Assembly (NCBI GenBank): GCA_963725865.1
Contig: CAVSAC010000014.1
Coordinates: forward strand, 1,408,001 to 1,472,000
DNA from: Candidatus Eiseniibacteriota bacterium
GTDB taxonomy: Bacteria; Eisenbacteria; RBG-16-71-46
DNA: 64,000 nucleotides
Reading direction: 5' to 3'
Shown: positions 29,700 to 39,949 of the stretch, in pieces
Layout of the letters: each line of letters begins with the position of its first letter
Position numbering within the stretch: the first letter of the stretch is position 1
The notes under the pieces: model-generated
What the model was told of the DNA's origin: nothing
Databases searched by the model: none
Seen by the model: only the letters and a program-made list of their open reading frames with translations
Made by a program: the position numbers and the translations under genes

Positions 29700-30914
29700 A
29701 TGAAGACCGACTACCGCTACATCATCATCGGCGGCGGCATCGCCGGCGCCTCGGCGATCGAAGGCATCCGCGAGCACGATCGCGACGGTGACATCCTGCT
29801 CGTCTCGCGCGAGAACAATGCGCCCTACCGGCGCCCGCCCCTGTCGAAGGACCTGTGGTTCGGCAAGACCACGGTCGACAAGATCTCCGTGCACGACGAC
29901 GCGTTCTACCCCGAGCACGGCGTGGACCTGCTGCTGCGGCGCGACATCGTGGAGCTGGACCCGGTGCAGAACCGCATCTGGGACGAGCGCGGCGCGTCGT
30001 TCCGCTACGAGCGCCTGCTGCTCGCGACCGGCGGACGCCCGCGGCTGCTCGACCTGCACGGAGAGCAGGGCGAGAACGTGCACTACTTCCGCTCGCTCGA
30101 GGACTACCTGATGCTGGCCGGCCGGCTCGACCGGGTGCAGCACGTGCTGGTGGTCGGCGGCGGCTTCATCGGCACCGAGCTGGCGGCGGCGCTCGCGCAC
30201 GCCGGCAAGGAAGTCACGCTGATGTACCGCGACGAGTACCCGATCGCGCGCGCGCTACCGCGCGAGCTGGGGCTCTCGGTCGCCGAGTACTACCGCGAGA
30301 AGGGGGTCGAGACCGTCTCGGGCCAGGGGGTGGCGGGGGTGGAGAGCGGCCAGGGGCTGATCCAGGTGCGCACGCTGAGCGGCGACCAGGTGACGACGCA
30401 GATGGTGCTGGCCGGAGTCGGCCTCGAGCCACACGACGAGCTGGCCGAGGCGGGCGGGCTCGAGGTGACGAACGGCATCGCGGTGGACGAGTACGCGCGG
30501 ACCAGCGATCCCTACATCTACGCCGCCGGCGACGTGGCCGAGTTCCCCTATCTGGCGCTCGGGGTGCGCACGCGCGTCGAGCACGAGGACCACGCCATCT
30601 TCCACGGGCGCACCGCGGGCGCGAACATGGCGGGGGCGAAGCTGGTCTACGACCGCCTGCCGATGTTCTTCGGCGACTTCTTCGACCTCGGCTTCGAGGC
30701 GGTCGGCGAGGTGGACGTGCGCCTCGACGTCCACGAGGTATGGCAGGTGCGCCACCGCGAGGGCATCGTGTTCTACCTGCGCGACGACGTCATCCGCGGC
30801 GTGCTGCTGTGGAACCGCTGGGGGCTGGTGGACTGGGCGCGCGACCTGGTGCGCCCCGGCAAGCCGACGACGCGCGAGGAGCGCGAGAAGCTGGTCGCCG
30901 ACTCGCCGAAGTGA
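29700..30914 (+). CDS. FAD-dependent pyridine nucleotide oxidoreductase (ferredoxin reductase/AIF-like)
   Basis: GGGIAG, PYRRPPLSK, LLLATG, GGGFIGTE and IYAAGDVA. Confidence 0.92.
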   Translation: MKTDYRYIIIGGGIAGASAIEGIREHDRDGDILLVSRENNAPYRRPPLSKDLWFGKTTVDKISVHDDAFYPEHGVDLLLRRDIVELDPVQNRIWDERGASFRYERLLLATGGRPRLLDLHGEQGENVHYFRSLEDYLMLAGRLDRVQHVLVVGGGFIGTELAAALAHAGKEVTLMYRDEYPIARALPRELGLSVAEYYREKGVETVSGQGVAGVESGQGLIQVRTLSGDQVTTQMVLAGVGLEPHDELAEAGGLEVTNGIAVDEYARTSDPYIYAAGDVAEFPYLALGVRTRVEHEDHAIFHGRTAGANMAGAKLVYDRLPMFFGDFFDLGFEAVGEVDVRLDVHEVWQVRHREGIVFYLRDDVIRGVLLWNRWGLVDWARDLVRPGKPTTREEREKLVADSPK

Positions 30915-30974
30915 GTGCCGCTCGCCGGTCCCGCTGAGGTCACGGCGCGTCCGCGCGATGCGCGGCGCGCCCGC

Positions 30975-31895
30975 TCACGCCCCCGCACCGCCGCGGTCCT
31001 GCGGATCGAGCGCGTCGCGCAGGCCGTCGCCGAGGAAGTTGAAGCTCATCAGCGTGAGCGAGAGCGCGGCACCCGGGAACACGACCAGCCACGGGAACAG
31101 CGACAGCACCCGCGCGCCGTCGGAGACCAGCGTGCCCCACGACGCCGCGGGCGGCTGCACGCCGAGGCCGAGGAACGAGAGGAACGCCTCCTGCAGGATG
31201 ACCGCGGGCACCGTGAGCGTGGTGTACACGATCACCGGCCCGAGCGTGTTCGGCACGATGTGGCGGAACACGATCGCGGCGTCGCCGGCCCCGAGCGCGC
31301 GCGCGGCCTCGACGAACGTCTGCGAGCGCAGCGACAACACCTGACCGCGCACGATGCGCGCCATGGTGAGCCACTGGACCAGGCCCAGCGCCACGAACAG
31401 CATGACGAGGCTGCGGCTGAAGAACACCAGCAGCAGGATCACGAGGAAGATGTAAGGCAGCGAGTAGAGCACGTCGACCACGCGCATCATCGCCTCGTCG
31501 GTGGCGCCGCCGCGATAGCCGGCGATCGCGCCCCACGTCACGCCGATCAGCAGGCTGACGAGCGTGGCGACCAGGCCCACCAGCAGCGACACCCGCCCGC
31601 CGTACACCGTGCGCGCGAACAGGTCGCGGCCCAGCTCGTCGGTGCCGAACAGGTGCGATGCCGTCGGCGGTGCGGCGCCCAGGCGCAGGTCCTGCGCCGC
31701 CGGATCGGGCATGCCCGGCAGCCACGGCGCGAGCGCCGCGGTCAGCGCGAGCCACAGCAGGAACCCCGCCGCCGCCATCGCCGCACGATTGCGCAGCATC
31801 CGCCGCCACGCGTCGCTCCACAGGCTGCGCGGCGCGCGCTCGGGCCCACGCGCGTCGGCGAGCACGCTCGGCGGGGGCGCCAGCCCGATGCTCAT
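30975..31895 (-). CDS. oppC: Oligopeptide ABC transporter permease OppC
   Basis: HLFGTDELGRDL, EAA loop FVEAARALGA and LGDGLRDALDP. Confidence 0.92.
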   Translation of the reverse strand: MSIGLAPPPSVLADARGPERAPRSLWSDAWRRMLRNRAAMAAAGFLLWLALTAALAPWLPGMPDPAAQDLRLGAAPPTASHLFGTDELGRDLFARTVYGGRVSLLVGLVATLVSLLIGVTWGAIAGYRGGATDEAMMRVVDVLYSLPYIFLVILLLVFFSRSLVMLFVALGLVQWLTMARIVRGQVLSLRSQTFVEAARALGAGDAAIVFRHIVPNTLGPVIVYTTLTVPAVILQEAFLSFLGLGVQPPAASWGTLVSDGARVLSLFPWLVVFPGAALSLTLMSFNFLGDGLRDALDPQDRGGAGA

Positions 31896-32809
31896 CGCAG
31901 CTCCACGCGCGGGTCGAGGCGCGTGTAGGCGACGTCGACCAGCAGGTTCAGCACCAGCAGCAGCGCGGCGTAGAACAGCACCACCCCCAGCACCAGCGTG
32001 TAGTCGCGGTTGAACGCGCCGTTCACCAGATAGCGGCCGAGCCCGGGCACCGCGAAGATGCTCTCGACCACGATCGACCCCATCACGATGCGCGCGACCG
32101 CGGGCCCCAGGTAGCTGACCACCGGGAGCACGCCGATCCGCAGCGCGTGGCGGCCGACCACCGCCGACTCGGGCAGGCCCTTGGCGCGCGCGGTGCGGAT
32201 GAAGTCCTGGCGCAGCACCTCGAGCATGCCCGCGCGCGCGAGCCGCGCGATGGTGGCGACGTAGGCGGTCGCCAGCGTGAGCACCGGCAGCACGCGGCTC
32301 GCGGGGCCGCTCCACAGCGCGGGCGGCAGCCAGTAGAGCGTGAGCGAGAACACCAGCACCAGCAGCGGCCCGAGCACGAAGCTCGGGATCGACAGGCCGG
32401 CGAGTGCCGCCACCATCGCGGCGTGATCGGCGGCGGTGTTCTGCTTCAGCGCCGCGATCACGCCGAGCGGCACGCCCGCGAGCAGCGCCACCAGCAGCGC
32501 CCAGCCGCCCAGCTCGGCCGAGACGCGGAAACCCTCGAGGATCAGATCACGCACTTGGCGGGTCGGGTACTTGTACGAGGGCCCGAACTCCAGCCGCGCG
32601 GCGTTCGCGAGGAAGCGCACGTACTGCTCGCCGAGCGGCCGGTCGAGGCCGTAGCGGCGCATCAGCTGCTCCTTCGCCGCCGCCGGGATCTCGCGCTCGG
32701 ACTGGAACGGCCCGCCGGGCGCCAGCCGCATCATGAAGAACGTCAGCGACCCGATGACCAGCAGGGTCGGGATCATGAGCATCAACCGGCGTGCGACGAA
32801 GGTAGCCAT
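31892..32809 (-). CDS. oppB: Oligopeptide ABC transporter permease OppB
   Basis: APGGPF, YGLDRP, DFIRTARAKGL and FNRDYTLV. Confidence 0.92.
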   Translation of the reverse strand: MATFVARRLMLMIPTLLVIGSLTFFMMRLAPGGPFQSEREIPAAAKEQLMRRYGLDRPLGEQYVRFLANAARLEFGPSYKYPTRQVRDLILEGFRVSAELGGWALLVALLAGVPLGVIAALKQNTAADHAAMVAALAGLSIPSFVLGPLLVLVFSLTLYWLPPALWSGPASRVLPVLTLATAYVATIARLARAGMLEVLRQDFIRTARAKGLPESAVVGRHALRIGVLPVVSYLGPAVARIVMGSIVVESIFAVPGLGRYLVNGAFNRDYTLVLGVVLFYAALLLVLNLLVDVAYTRLDPRVELR

Positions 32810-32922
32810 GGAGGCGGAATCCTACTCGCACCGCGCGGCGCGCTGAAGCGAATCCCGCTTGCGCGGCCCCGGCACGAGCGGGAGACTCTTCGCGCCCTCC
32901 ACGGCCGCTCCGGAGGCGTCCC

Positions 32923-33675
32923 ATGATGCGGTCGCTGTGCCTCGCAGTGCTGTTGTCGCTGGTCGTGCCCGGAAGCGCGGTCGCGGGCGCCGGTTTCGGC
33001 TGGGCCGCTCCCGACTGGGGCTGCGGTGGTGAGTTCGCGCCCTTCCCTTGCAATCGGAACAGCGGCTCGGAGGCGCTCGAGGTCACACTCCAGATGAGCT
33101 GGACGCCGATCTCGCCTGCCGACATCGTCGGCGCCCATGCCGTGATCTACTTCGGCTCGCCGACCGACTGGTGGCGATTCGACTCGCCCGGCGGATGTCG
33201 CGCCGGCGCCCTCCGCGTAGAGCTGGAGGTGCCGGGGTCCACCTACTGCCCGTCGCTCCTGGGTGGCCGCGGCTCGGTGAGCTGGGCCACCTCGGTGGCC
33301 GACAACCGGCAGATCGAGGTCACGGTGACCGCCAACGCGCCACCGCCGCCGGACCTCCAACTCGACTCGCAGTTCGTGCTGTTTCGAGTGTTGATCTCGA
33401 ACGAGCGCACGGTGGGCCCCGACTCGTGCTCCGGCTGCTCGCACGGCGCCTTCGCCGCGCTGCGGGAGCTGGTCCTCTTCGTCCGCACTCCGGAGGGCGG
33501 CTACCGCAACGCCTGCGTCAGCGTGATGAACGGCGTGTGCGCAGATTGGCCCGGTTGGGAAACGGCATGCGGAAGCTCCCCCTATCCGCCCCCGATCGAG
33601 TGCTCGTCGCCCGGTCTGGAGTGGACCGGCGCGCCCGCCTCGACGTGGGGAGCGCTCAAGCTTCGGTATCGTTGA
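32923..33675 (+). CDS. Secreted Cys-rich hypothetical protein ending in TWGALKLRYR
   Basis: GGAGG RBS, a signal peptide, multiple Cys and a conserved-looking C-terminal motif. Confidence 0.8.
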   Translation: MMRSLCLAVLLSLVVPGSAVAGAGFGWAAPDWGCGGEFAPFPCNRNSGSEALEVTLQMSWTPISPADIVGAHAVIYFGSPTDWWRFDSPGGCRAGALRVELEVPGSTYCPSLLGGRGSVSWATSVADNRQIEVTVTANAPPPPDLQLDSQFVLFRVLISNERTVGPDSCSGCSHGAFAALRELVLFVRTPEGGYRNACVSVMNGVCADWPGWETACGSSPYPPPIECSSPGLEWTGAPASTWGALKLRYR

Positions 33676-33830
33676 GGCGAGACACGGGCGAGCCCGGATC
33701 CGCGCTCGCGGGTTGACCTCGCCGGGGCGCTCACGCATCGTATCGGTCGCCGCACCGCCGCGCGATCGAAGCGCCTGCGTGGAGCCGCACTTCGCGCCTG
33801 CGCCGGCTCCCAGACCCCGAGGACGAGCGC

Positions 33831-34628
33831 ATGTCGACGATGCCCGATCCCGATGCACGCGCCGGCGCCGGGACCGTGCGCGTGGTGCCCAAACATCACG
33901 CGCTGGTGCGCTGGTCGCACTGGATCCACCTGCCCCTGCTGCTCGGACTGCTCGCGAGCGGACTGTCGATCTACTGGGCGGCGCCGGTGTTCACGCACCC
34001 GCGCGATCTGCGAACGTTCAGCAACGACTACCTGACGGATCTCGGGTACGTGATCGCGCGCGCGCTGGACGACCACGGCGGCCGTCCCGGCGCGTGGGTG
34101 TACGAGCACTTCAGCCTCGGCCAGCGCCAGCTCGCCTCGGCATTGCGCCTGCACTGGGCGCTCGCGTATCTGTTCATGCTCAACGGCGCGCTGTACTTGC
34201 TGGGGCTGGCGCGCGGCGGCGGATGGCGCGCGCTGCTGCCGCGCGGCTCCGACGTGCGCGAGGCGCTGGGCATGCTCCGCTTCTACCTCGGCGTGGTGCC
34301 GATGGCGATCCTGAGGCGCCCGTGGCCGCACCCGCCGGTGCGCTCGAAGTACAACGCGCTCCAGCGCGCGGCGTACTTCACGATGCCGCTCGCCGGCGTG
34401 CTGGTGGTGCTGTCGGGCTGGGCGATGCACAAGCCGGTGCAGCTCGGCTGGCTCGAGCGGCTGTTCGTGAGCTACGACGGCGCGCGCATCGTCCACTTCG
34501 GCTGCATGCTGGTGCTGGGCTCGTTCATCGTGCCGCACGTGATCCTGGTGATCGCCGACGGCTGGGACACGTTCCGCTCGATGGTGGTGGGCTGGTCGGC
34601 GCGCGTGAAGGAGGTCCCGCATGAATGA
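33831..34628 (+). CDS. Cytochrome b/b6-domain membrane protein (YdhU/Ni-hydrogenase cytochrome b type)
   Basis: VRWSHW, LHWALA, KYNALQR and HFG...IVPHV heme-ligand histidines. Confidence 0.88.
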   Translation: MSTMPDPDARAGAGTVRVVPKHHALVRWSHWIHLPLLLGLLASGLSIYWAAPVFTHPRDLRTFSNDYLTDLGYVIARALDDHGGRPGAWVYEHFSLGQRQLASALRLHWALAYLFMLNGALYLLGLARGGGWRALLPRGSDVREALGMLRFYLGVVPMAILRRPWPHPPVRSKYNALQRAAYFTMPLAGVLVVLSGWAMHKPVQLGWLERLFVSYDGARIVHFGCMLVLGSFIVPHVILVIADGWDTFRSMVVGWSARVKEVPHE

Positions 34629-35830
34629 GCGCGAGCCACGAGATCCCGCATGCGATCCCAGGCCCGACGCCAACGCTGGCGCGCCACCGCCGGTCGCGGC
34701 CCCGCCGGTCGCGCCACCGCCGGTCGCGCTGCCGCAAGCGATGACGCCCGCGGCGCCCGCGGTGCCCGACTCCGCTCCTGCGTTGGCGGTGCCGATCGAT
34801 ACGCCATCGCCGGCGCCTGCGGAGCCCCGAGTCGCGCCGGCGCCCATGGCGTCCGCCGCCGCTCCCGCGTCAGTGGCGCCGGCCTCCGCGCCCGCGGCGG
34901 CGCAGCCATTCGCACCCGCACCGGCGCCCGCGCCCCCCGCCGCGCCGCCGCCCGCGCGCCGTGGACTGCTGGATGCCATCGCCGAGCGCCCGGAGCCGGT
35001 GCTCGAGGTGCCGCGCAGCACGCTCGCCGCGGCCTCGCGCCGCGACTTCCTGCTCTTCGGCGTCGGCGCGCTCGCGGCCGCCGCGGGCGCGTGGTGGGTG
35101 CTGCCCGATCGCACCAAGGCGCGCCTGCTGCCGGGTGCGGCGCACGACCGGCTCGACTCGCTCGCCGCCCGAGTGGGCCTGAGCCGTGAGCGGCGCGAGC
35201 GGGCGCTCGACCGCGCGCTCACGTTCGACGACGACGTCGCCGAGGCGCTGTACTCGAGGGACCGTCGCGTGCGCACCTACGACCGCTCGCAGGCGACGCC
35301 GCTGCGCAACAACTACAACGGCCAGACGCCGGGACCGGAATATCTCGCGAGTTGGTCGCTCGCGCTCTCGGGGCTGGCCTCGGGACGCATGGAGCGGCTC
35401 GGCGTCGCCGACCTGCTCGCGCCGCTGCGCGTTCCGCGAGCAGGTCACGCGGCTGATCTGCGTCGAGGGCTGGAGCGCCGTCGCATGGTGGGGCGGGGTG
35501 CGCTTCGCGGACCTGCTCGCCGCGTTCCCGCCCGCGCCCGGCGCGCGCTGGGCGGCGCTGCGCTCGGCCGTGAACCTGGACGGGGTCGGCCGCCCCGATC
35601 CGTACTACGTATCGATCGATCTGGGGACCGCGCGCCATCCGCAGACGCTGCTGGCGACTCACCACGCCGGCCAGCCGCTGACGCTCGAGCACGGCGCGCC
35701 GCTGCGGCTGCTGGTGCCGATGAAGCTGGGCCTCAAGAACATCAAGGCCGTCACCGACATCGCGTACACTGCGAGCGAGCCCGCCGACTACTGGAACGAG
35801 CGCGGGTACTCGAAGTACGACGGACTGTAG
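34621..35830 (+). CDS. MsrP/YedY-like molybdopterin-dependent oxidoreductase (frameshift near 35420-35430)
   Basis: The 5' frame carries the Tat motif SRRDFL. The 3' frame carries RLICVEGWS, HGAPLRLLVPMKLGLKNIK and YWNERGY. Confidence 0.85.
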
Positions 35831-35894
35831 GCGCCGCGGACGCACGCCGGGTCGGCGTCCGCCCGCGTCGTCGCGCACCCCACAGCGAGGAGCC

Positions 35895-36569
35895 ATGGAC
35901 CGGGAACTCTGGACCCGCGTCGACCAGTACGTCAGCGACCTGTTCGCATCGCACGACCCCGCGCTCGACGAGGCGCTGCGCGCCAGCGCCGCCGCGGGGC
36001 TGCCCGTCATCCAGGTGTCGCCGCCGCAGGGCAAGCTCCTCTGGCTGCTCGCGCGCTCGATCGGCGCCCGCGCGATCCTCGAGATCGGCACGCTCGGCGG
36101 CTACAGCACGATCTGGCTCGCGCGCGCGCTGCCGGAGGACGGCGAGCTGGTGACGCTGGAGTTCGACGCGAAGCACGCCGAGGTGGCCCGCGCCAATTTC
36201 GCCCGCGCCGGAGTCGCCGGGCGCGTGGAGCTGCGCCTCGGCCGCGCGCTCGACACGCTGCCGCGGCTCGCCGCCGAGCAGCGCGGACCATTCGACCTGG
36301 TGTTCATCGACGCCGACAAGGAGAACATCCCCGAGTACTTCGAATGGGCGCTGCGCCTGTCGCGCCGCGGCAGCCTGATTCTGGTCGACAACGTGGTGCG
36401 CGACGGCAAGGTCGTCGACGCCGCGAGCGACGACGAGTCGGTACGCGGCGTGCGCCGCTTCCACGAGCGAGTCGCCGCCGAGCGCCGCGTGAGCGCGACC
36501 ACGCTCCAGACCGTGGGCAGCAAAGGCTACGACGGCTTCACGCTGGTGCTGGTGGTCGCAGAGCCCTAA
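35895..36569 (+). CDS. O-methyltransferase (class I SAM-dependent, caffeoyl-CoA type)
   Basis: ILEIGTLGGYSTIWLA, FDLVFIDADK, DNVV and KGYDG. Confidence 0.93.
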   Translation: MDRELWTRVDQYVSDLFASHDPALDEALRASAAAGLPVIQVSPPQGKLLWLLARSIGARAILEIGTLGGYSTIWLARALPEDGELVTLEFDAKHAEVARANFARAGVAGRVELRLGRALDTLPRLAAEQRGPFDLVFIDADKENIPEYFEWALRLSRRGSLILVDNVVRDGKVVDAASDDESVRGVRRFHERVAAERRVSATTLQTVGSKGYDGFTLVLVVAEP

Positions 36570-38271
36570 CGCGCGGCCGAGGCCGCCCGCCGAACGCGCC
36601 GTCTCTGCGAGTGCCACGCTCGATCCACACGCGCGTGAGCGGATGCACGTCGAGCGGCGTGTTCCAGATCCCGCGCACGTAAGGCTTGGTCAGCTCGTTG
36701 GTCGAGTACTGGTAGATCGGGATCAGCGGGGACTCGGCGAGCAGCAGCGACTCGGCGGCCGCCAGCGTGCGCAGGCGCCGCGCCGGATCCAGCTCGCCCG
36801 CGGCCGCGCGCATGAGCGCGTCGTAGCGCGGATCGCCCCAGCCGGTGCGGTTGTTGCCGTCGCCGCTCGCCCAGCAGGCGAGGAACGAGTTGGGATCGAC
36901 GTAGTCGCCGATCCACGAGCGCCGTGCCAGGTCGTAGTCGATCGAGGTGGTCGCCTGCATGTACGAGCCCCATTCCATGTTCTGCAGCTCGACCTCGATG
37001 CCCAGCTCGCGCCGCCACATCGCCTGCACCGCCTCCGCGATGCGGCGGCTATCCTCGCTGGTGTTGAACAGGATCGACACGCGCGGGAAGCCGCGCCCGC
37101 CGGGAAAGCCCGCGGCGACGAGCAGCGCGCGCGCCTGCGGCGGATCGAAGCGCACCGGCGACGGCGCGGGGTAGCCGGGGTAGCCCGCGGGCGCCACGTT
37201 GCCCCACGGGTCGCGGCTGCGCTTGAGCAGGTCGTTCGCGATCGCCTCGCGGTCCACCGCCAGGCTCAGCGCACGACGCACGCGCACGTCCTGGAACGGC
37301 CGGCGCGTGACGTTGATCGAGTAGAAGTAGGTGCCCTGGTAGCGGCCGTGATGGAAGTCGGCGAAGCGGCGCAGGGACGGGATGAATTGCGACGGGATCA
37401 GCCCGCTCGGATTCCAGTCGATCACGCCCGCCTTGTAGAGATTGGTCGAGGTGTTCACGTCGTCGACCGTGTACGCGCGGATCGCCCGCAGGCGCACGCT
37501 CTCCGCGTCCCAGTAGCGCGGATTGCGCGCGAAGAGGTAGTGGTCGTTCTGCCGCCAGCGCTCGAGTACGAAGCCGCCGTTCGATACCAGGTGCCCGGGA
37601 CGCGTCCACTGGTCGCCCCAGCGCTCGACGACGTGCCGCGGCACCGGCAGGAACGGCGTGAACGAGGTGAGCGGGACGAAGTACGCGGTGGGTCGCGCGA
37701 GCCGCACGACGAACGTGGTGTCGTCGGGTGCCAGGAGCCCGACCTGGCTCGAGTCGGCGAGCCGGCCGGTGTTGTACGCCTCGCCGTTCGCCACGGAATA
37801 GAACGTTCCCGCGTTGCGCGCGCCGGTCAGCGGGCGCAACACGCGCCGCCACGACCACGCGATGTCCCCCGCGGTCAGCGGCACGCCGTCGCTCCACGTC
37901 AGGCCCGGGCGCAGGTGGAACGTGTAGGCGAGGCCGTCCGCGCTCACGTCCCAGCGGTAGGCGAGCCCCGGCAGGTTGGGCCCGCCCTGCGGATCGTCGG
38001 CGGTGAGCCCCTCGAACAGGATGTGACACACGCGCGCGTCGGGCTGGCCGGTCGCGATCGCGGGATCGATGGTCTCGGGCTCGGCGCCGAGGTTGAACGT
38101 GAACACGTCGTCGGCGGGCGGGCTGACGTCGCCGAAGTAGGCCACCGCCGGCACGCCGCCGTGCGGCGCCCGCGCCCGGGCGCAGGAGAGCGCGAGCACG
38201 CCGAAGGCGACGAGCGCGACGGCCGGCACGAGGACCCGATGGCGAGGGCTCACGGAGTCGGACGATAGCAT
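36538..38271 (-). CDS. oppA: Oligopeptide ABC transporter substrate-binding lipoprotein OppA
   Basis: Lipobox ALSC, EPETIDP, YTFHLR..LTWSDG, SNG.F.L..W and SWIGDY.DP. Start is ATG 38271 or GTG 38253. Confidence 0.9.
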   Translation of the reverse strand: MLSSDSVSPRHRVLVPAVALVAFGVLALSCARARAPHGGVPAVAYFGDVSPPADDVFTFNLGAEPETIDPAIATGQPDARVCHILFEGLTADDPQGGPNLPGLAYRWDVSADGLAYTFHLRPGLTWSDGVPLTAGDIAWSWRRVLRPLTGARNAGTFYSVANGEAYNTGRLADSSQVGLLAPDDTTFVVRLARPTAYFVPLTSFTPFLPVPRHVVERWGDQWTRPGHLVSNGGFVLERWRQNDHYLFARNPRYWDAESVRLRAIRAYTVDDVNTSTNLYKAGVIDWNPSGLIPSQFIPSLRRFADFHHGRYQGTYFYSINVTRRPFQDVRVRRALSLAVDREAIANDLLKRSRDPWGNVAPAGYPGYPAPSPVRFDPPQARALLVAAGFPGGRGFPRVSILFNTSEDSRRIAEAVQAMWRRELGIEVELQNMEWGSYMQATTSIDYDLARRSWIGDYVDPNSFLACWASGDGNNRTGWGDPRYDALMRAAAGELDPARRLRTLAAAESLLLAESPLIPIYQYSTNELTKPYVRGIWNTPLDVHPLTRVWIERGTRRDGAFGGRPRPRVRALRPPAPA

Positions 38272-38370
38272 GCTGCCGGTGACACGCGGTGGCTCCTCGG
38301 CTACTCTTCGCGCACTGGCCCGCGCCCCGCGCGCCCACGGCCACCTCACCCGACCGGGGAGGACACGCTG

Positions 38371-39768
38371 ATGCGCTGCCCCACATTCCTGGTGATGGCG
38401 CTGATCGCGACGTTCGCGTGCGCTCCACCTCAGGCGCACGGCCAGTCCGCCACCACGCCAACGGAGCCCGAGCGCCTGCCCGCGCCGGGCGAGCCGCGGG
38501 ACCAGGTGGAGGGGCTAGAGGTGCCGCGCGTCGTGCCGGCGGACGCGACGCCGGCTGCTTCTTCGACCGCCGCGGAGGTGCGGATCGACGTGCCGCCGCA
38601 GGTGCTCGCGCGCGGGACGCTGGCCTATCCGCCGGCCGCGCGTGCGGCGGGAGTCGAGGGCACGGTGCTCGTCCGCGCGCTGATCGACACGCTCGGCCAC
38701 GTCACCGAGGCGCAGATCCAGACCTCGGTCCCGATGCTCGACTCCACGGCGCTCGCGTTCGTGCGCGGCTGGCGCTTCCGGCCGGCCGAGGTGGACCACC
38801 GGCCGGTCGCGGTGTGGGTCACGACCCCGGTGCGATTCGTGATCACCGAGCATCGGGACTCGCCGGCCGCGCTGAAGGTGCCGCCCGCCGCGCGCCCGGC
38901 GCCGCAGTCCGCGCTCGCCGGTCGCTACTTCGTCGACGACGACACCACCGTCATCGTGATCGTCACGCCGACCGGCCCGCACACGATGGACCTCGAATCC
39001 TCGTCGCGCTGGGTGGGCAGCGGCGAGCTGGACAGCGCCGGCTACCATGGCGGCTTCCGCTATCCGAAGACGGCCTCGGATCCCACCAGCGAGGACCTGC
39101 GCGGCACGCACGAGGCGACTGCTGAGCCCGACGGCCGCTGGCGGGTGCACGGCGAGTTCGTGGACGAGCGCGGGCGCGCGTTCGACGTGACGTGGACGCC
39201 GGTCGGAATGCCGCCGCCCCGCGGGACGCGGAGGCTGGCCGCGACCGATGCGGTCGATTCGCCGCCGGAGTCCGCGCCGCGTCCGACCGGGCCGGTGCGC
39301 ATGAAGCCGGCGCCGGGAACGCAGATCGTCTCGGCGCCACCCAGCGAGGCGCCGCAGCCATCGGAGCCCGCACCGATCGAGCGCCGCGCGTGGCCGCCGC
39401 CCACCGCGCAGCTCCCGGCCCAGATGCTCGAGCACCCGGCATGGCCGCCCGAGTGGCGCTCGGGAGTCGACGGCGTCCTGCCCGTCGACACCACTCCGGT
39501 CGATTCGCTGCCGCGGGTGGTGCGCCGTGTGGACCCGGCGCCGTTCCCGTCGCCGGGGCGCCCGACGAGCCTCGATGGCCTGATCGTCGTGAAGCTGCGG
39601 GTCGAGCGCGACGGGTCGGTCGGAGAGGCGGCCATCGCGGAGTCGATCCCCGTCATGGACGAGCCCGCACTGCGGGCCGTCCGCCAGTGGCGCTTTCGCC
39701 CGGCGTTGCGTCGCGGCAAACCGATCCCGCTGTGGGTGTACGTGCCGGTGCGGGTCTCGGCGCACTGA
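38371..39768 (+). CDS. TonB family protein with two TonB C-terminal domains
   Basis: YPPAARAAGVEGTV...WRFRPA, and a second ...VRQWRFRPA..GKPIPLWVYVPV. N-terminal signal. Confidence 0.8.
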   Translation: MRCPTFLVMALIATFACAPPQAHGQSATTPTEPERLPAPGEPRDQVEGLEVPRVVPADATPAASSTAAEVRIDVPPQVLARGTLAYPPAARAAGVEGTVLVRALIDTLGHVTEAQIQTSVPMLDSTALAFVRGWRFRPAEVDHRPVAVWVTTPVRFVITEHRDSPAALKVPPAARPAPQSALAGRYFVDDDTTVIVIVTPTGPHTMDLESSSRWVGSGELDSAGYHGGFRYPKTASDPTSEDLRGTHEATAEPDGRWRVHGEFVDERGRAFDVTWTPVGMPPPRGTRRLAATDAVDSPPESAPRPTGPVRMKPAPGTQIVSAPPSEAPQPSEPAPIERRAWPPPTAQLPAQMLEHPAWPPEWRSGVDGVLPVDTTPVDSLPRVVRRVDPAPFPSPGRPTSLDGLIVVKLRVERDGSVGEAAIAESIPVMDEPALRAVRQWRFRPALRRGKPIPLWVYVPVRVSAH

Positions 39769-39949
39769 GCGCGGTCGCGCGCGCAGCGCGCGGAGCGCTG
39801 CGCGCGGGCGCCGCGGGCCGCCGTCCGCGCGTCGGTTGGCGAGCGACGCGCGCGCCGGAGTAGACTGGCTCCGCGTGCATGCGCCGCGTGCGCGCCCGAT
39901 CCGCAGCCTCCAGCGAACGACTGTCGGGACGAGATCCCGTGAGCCTCCG

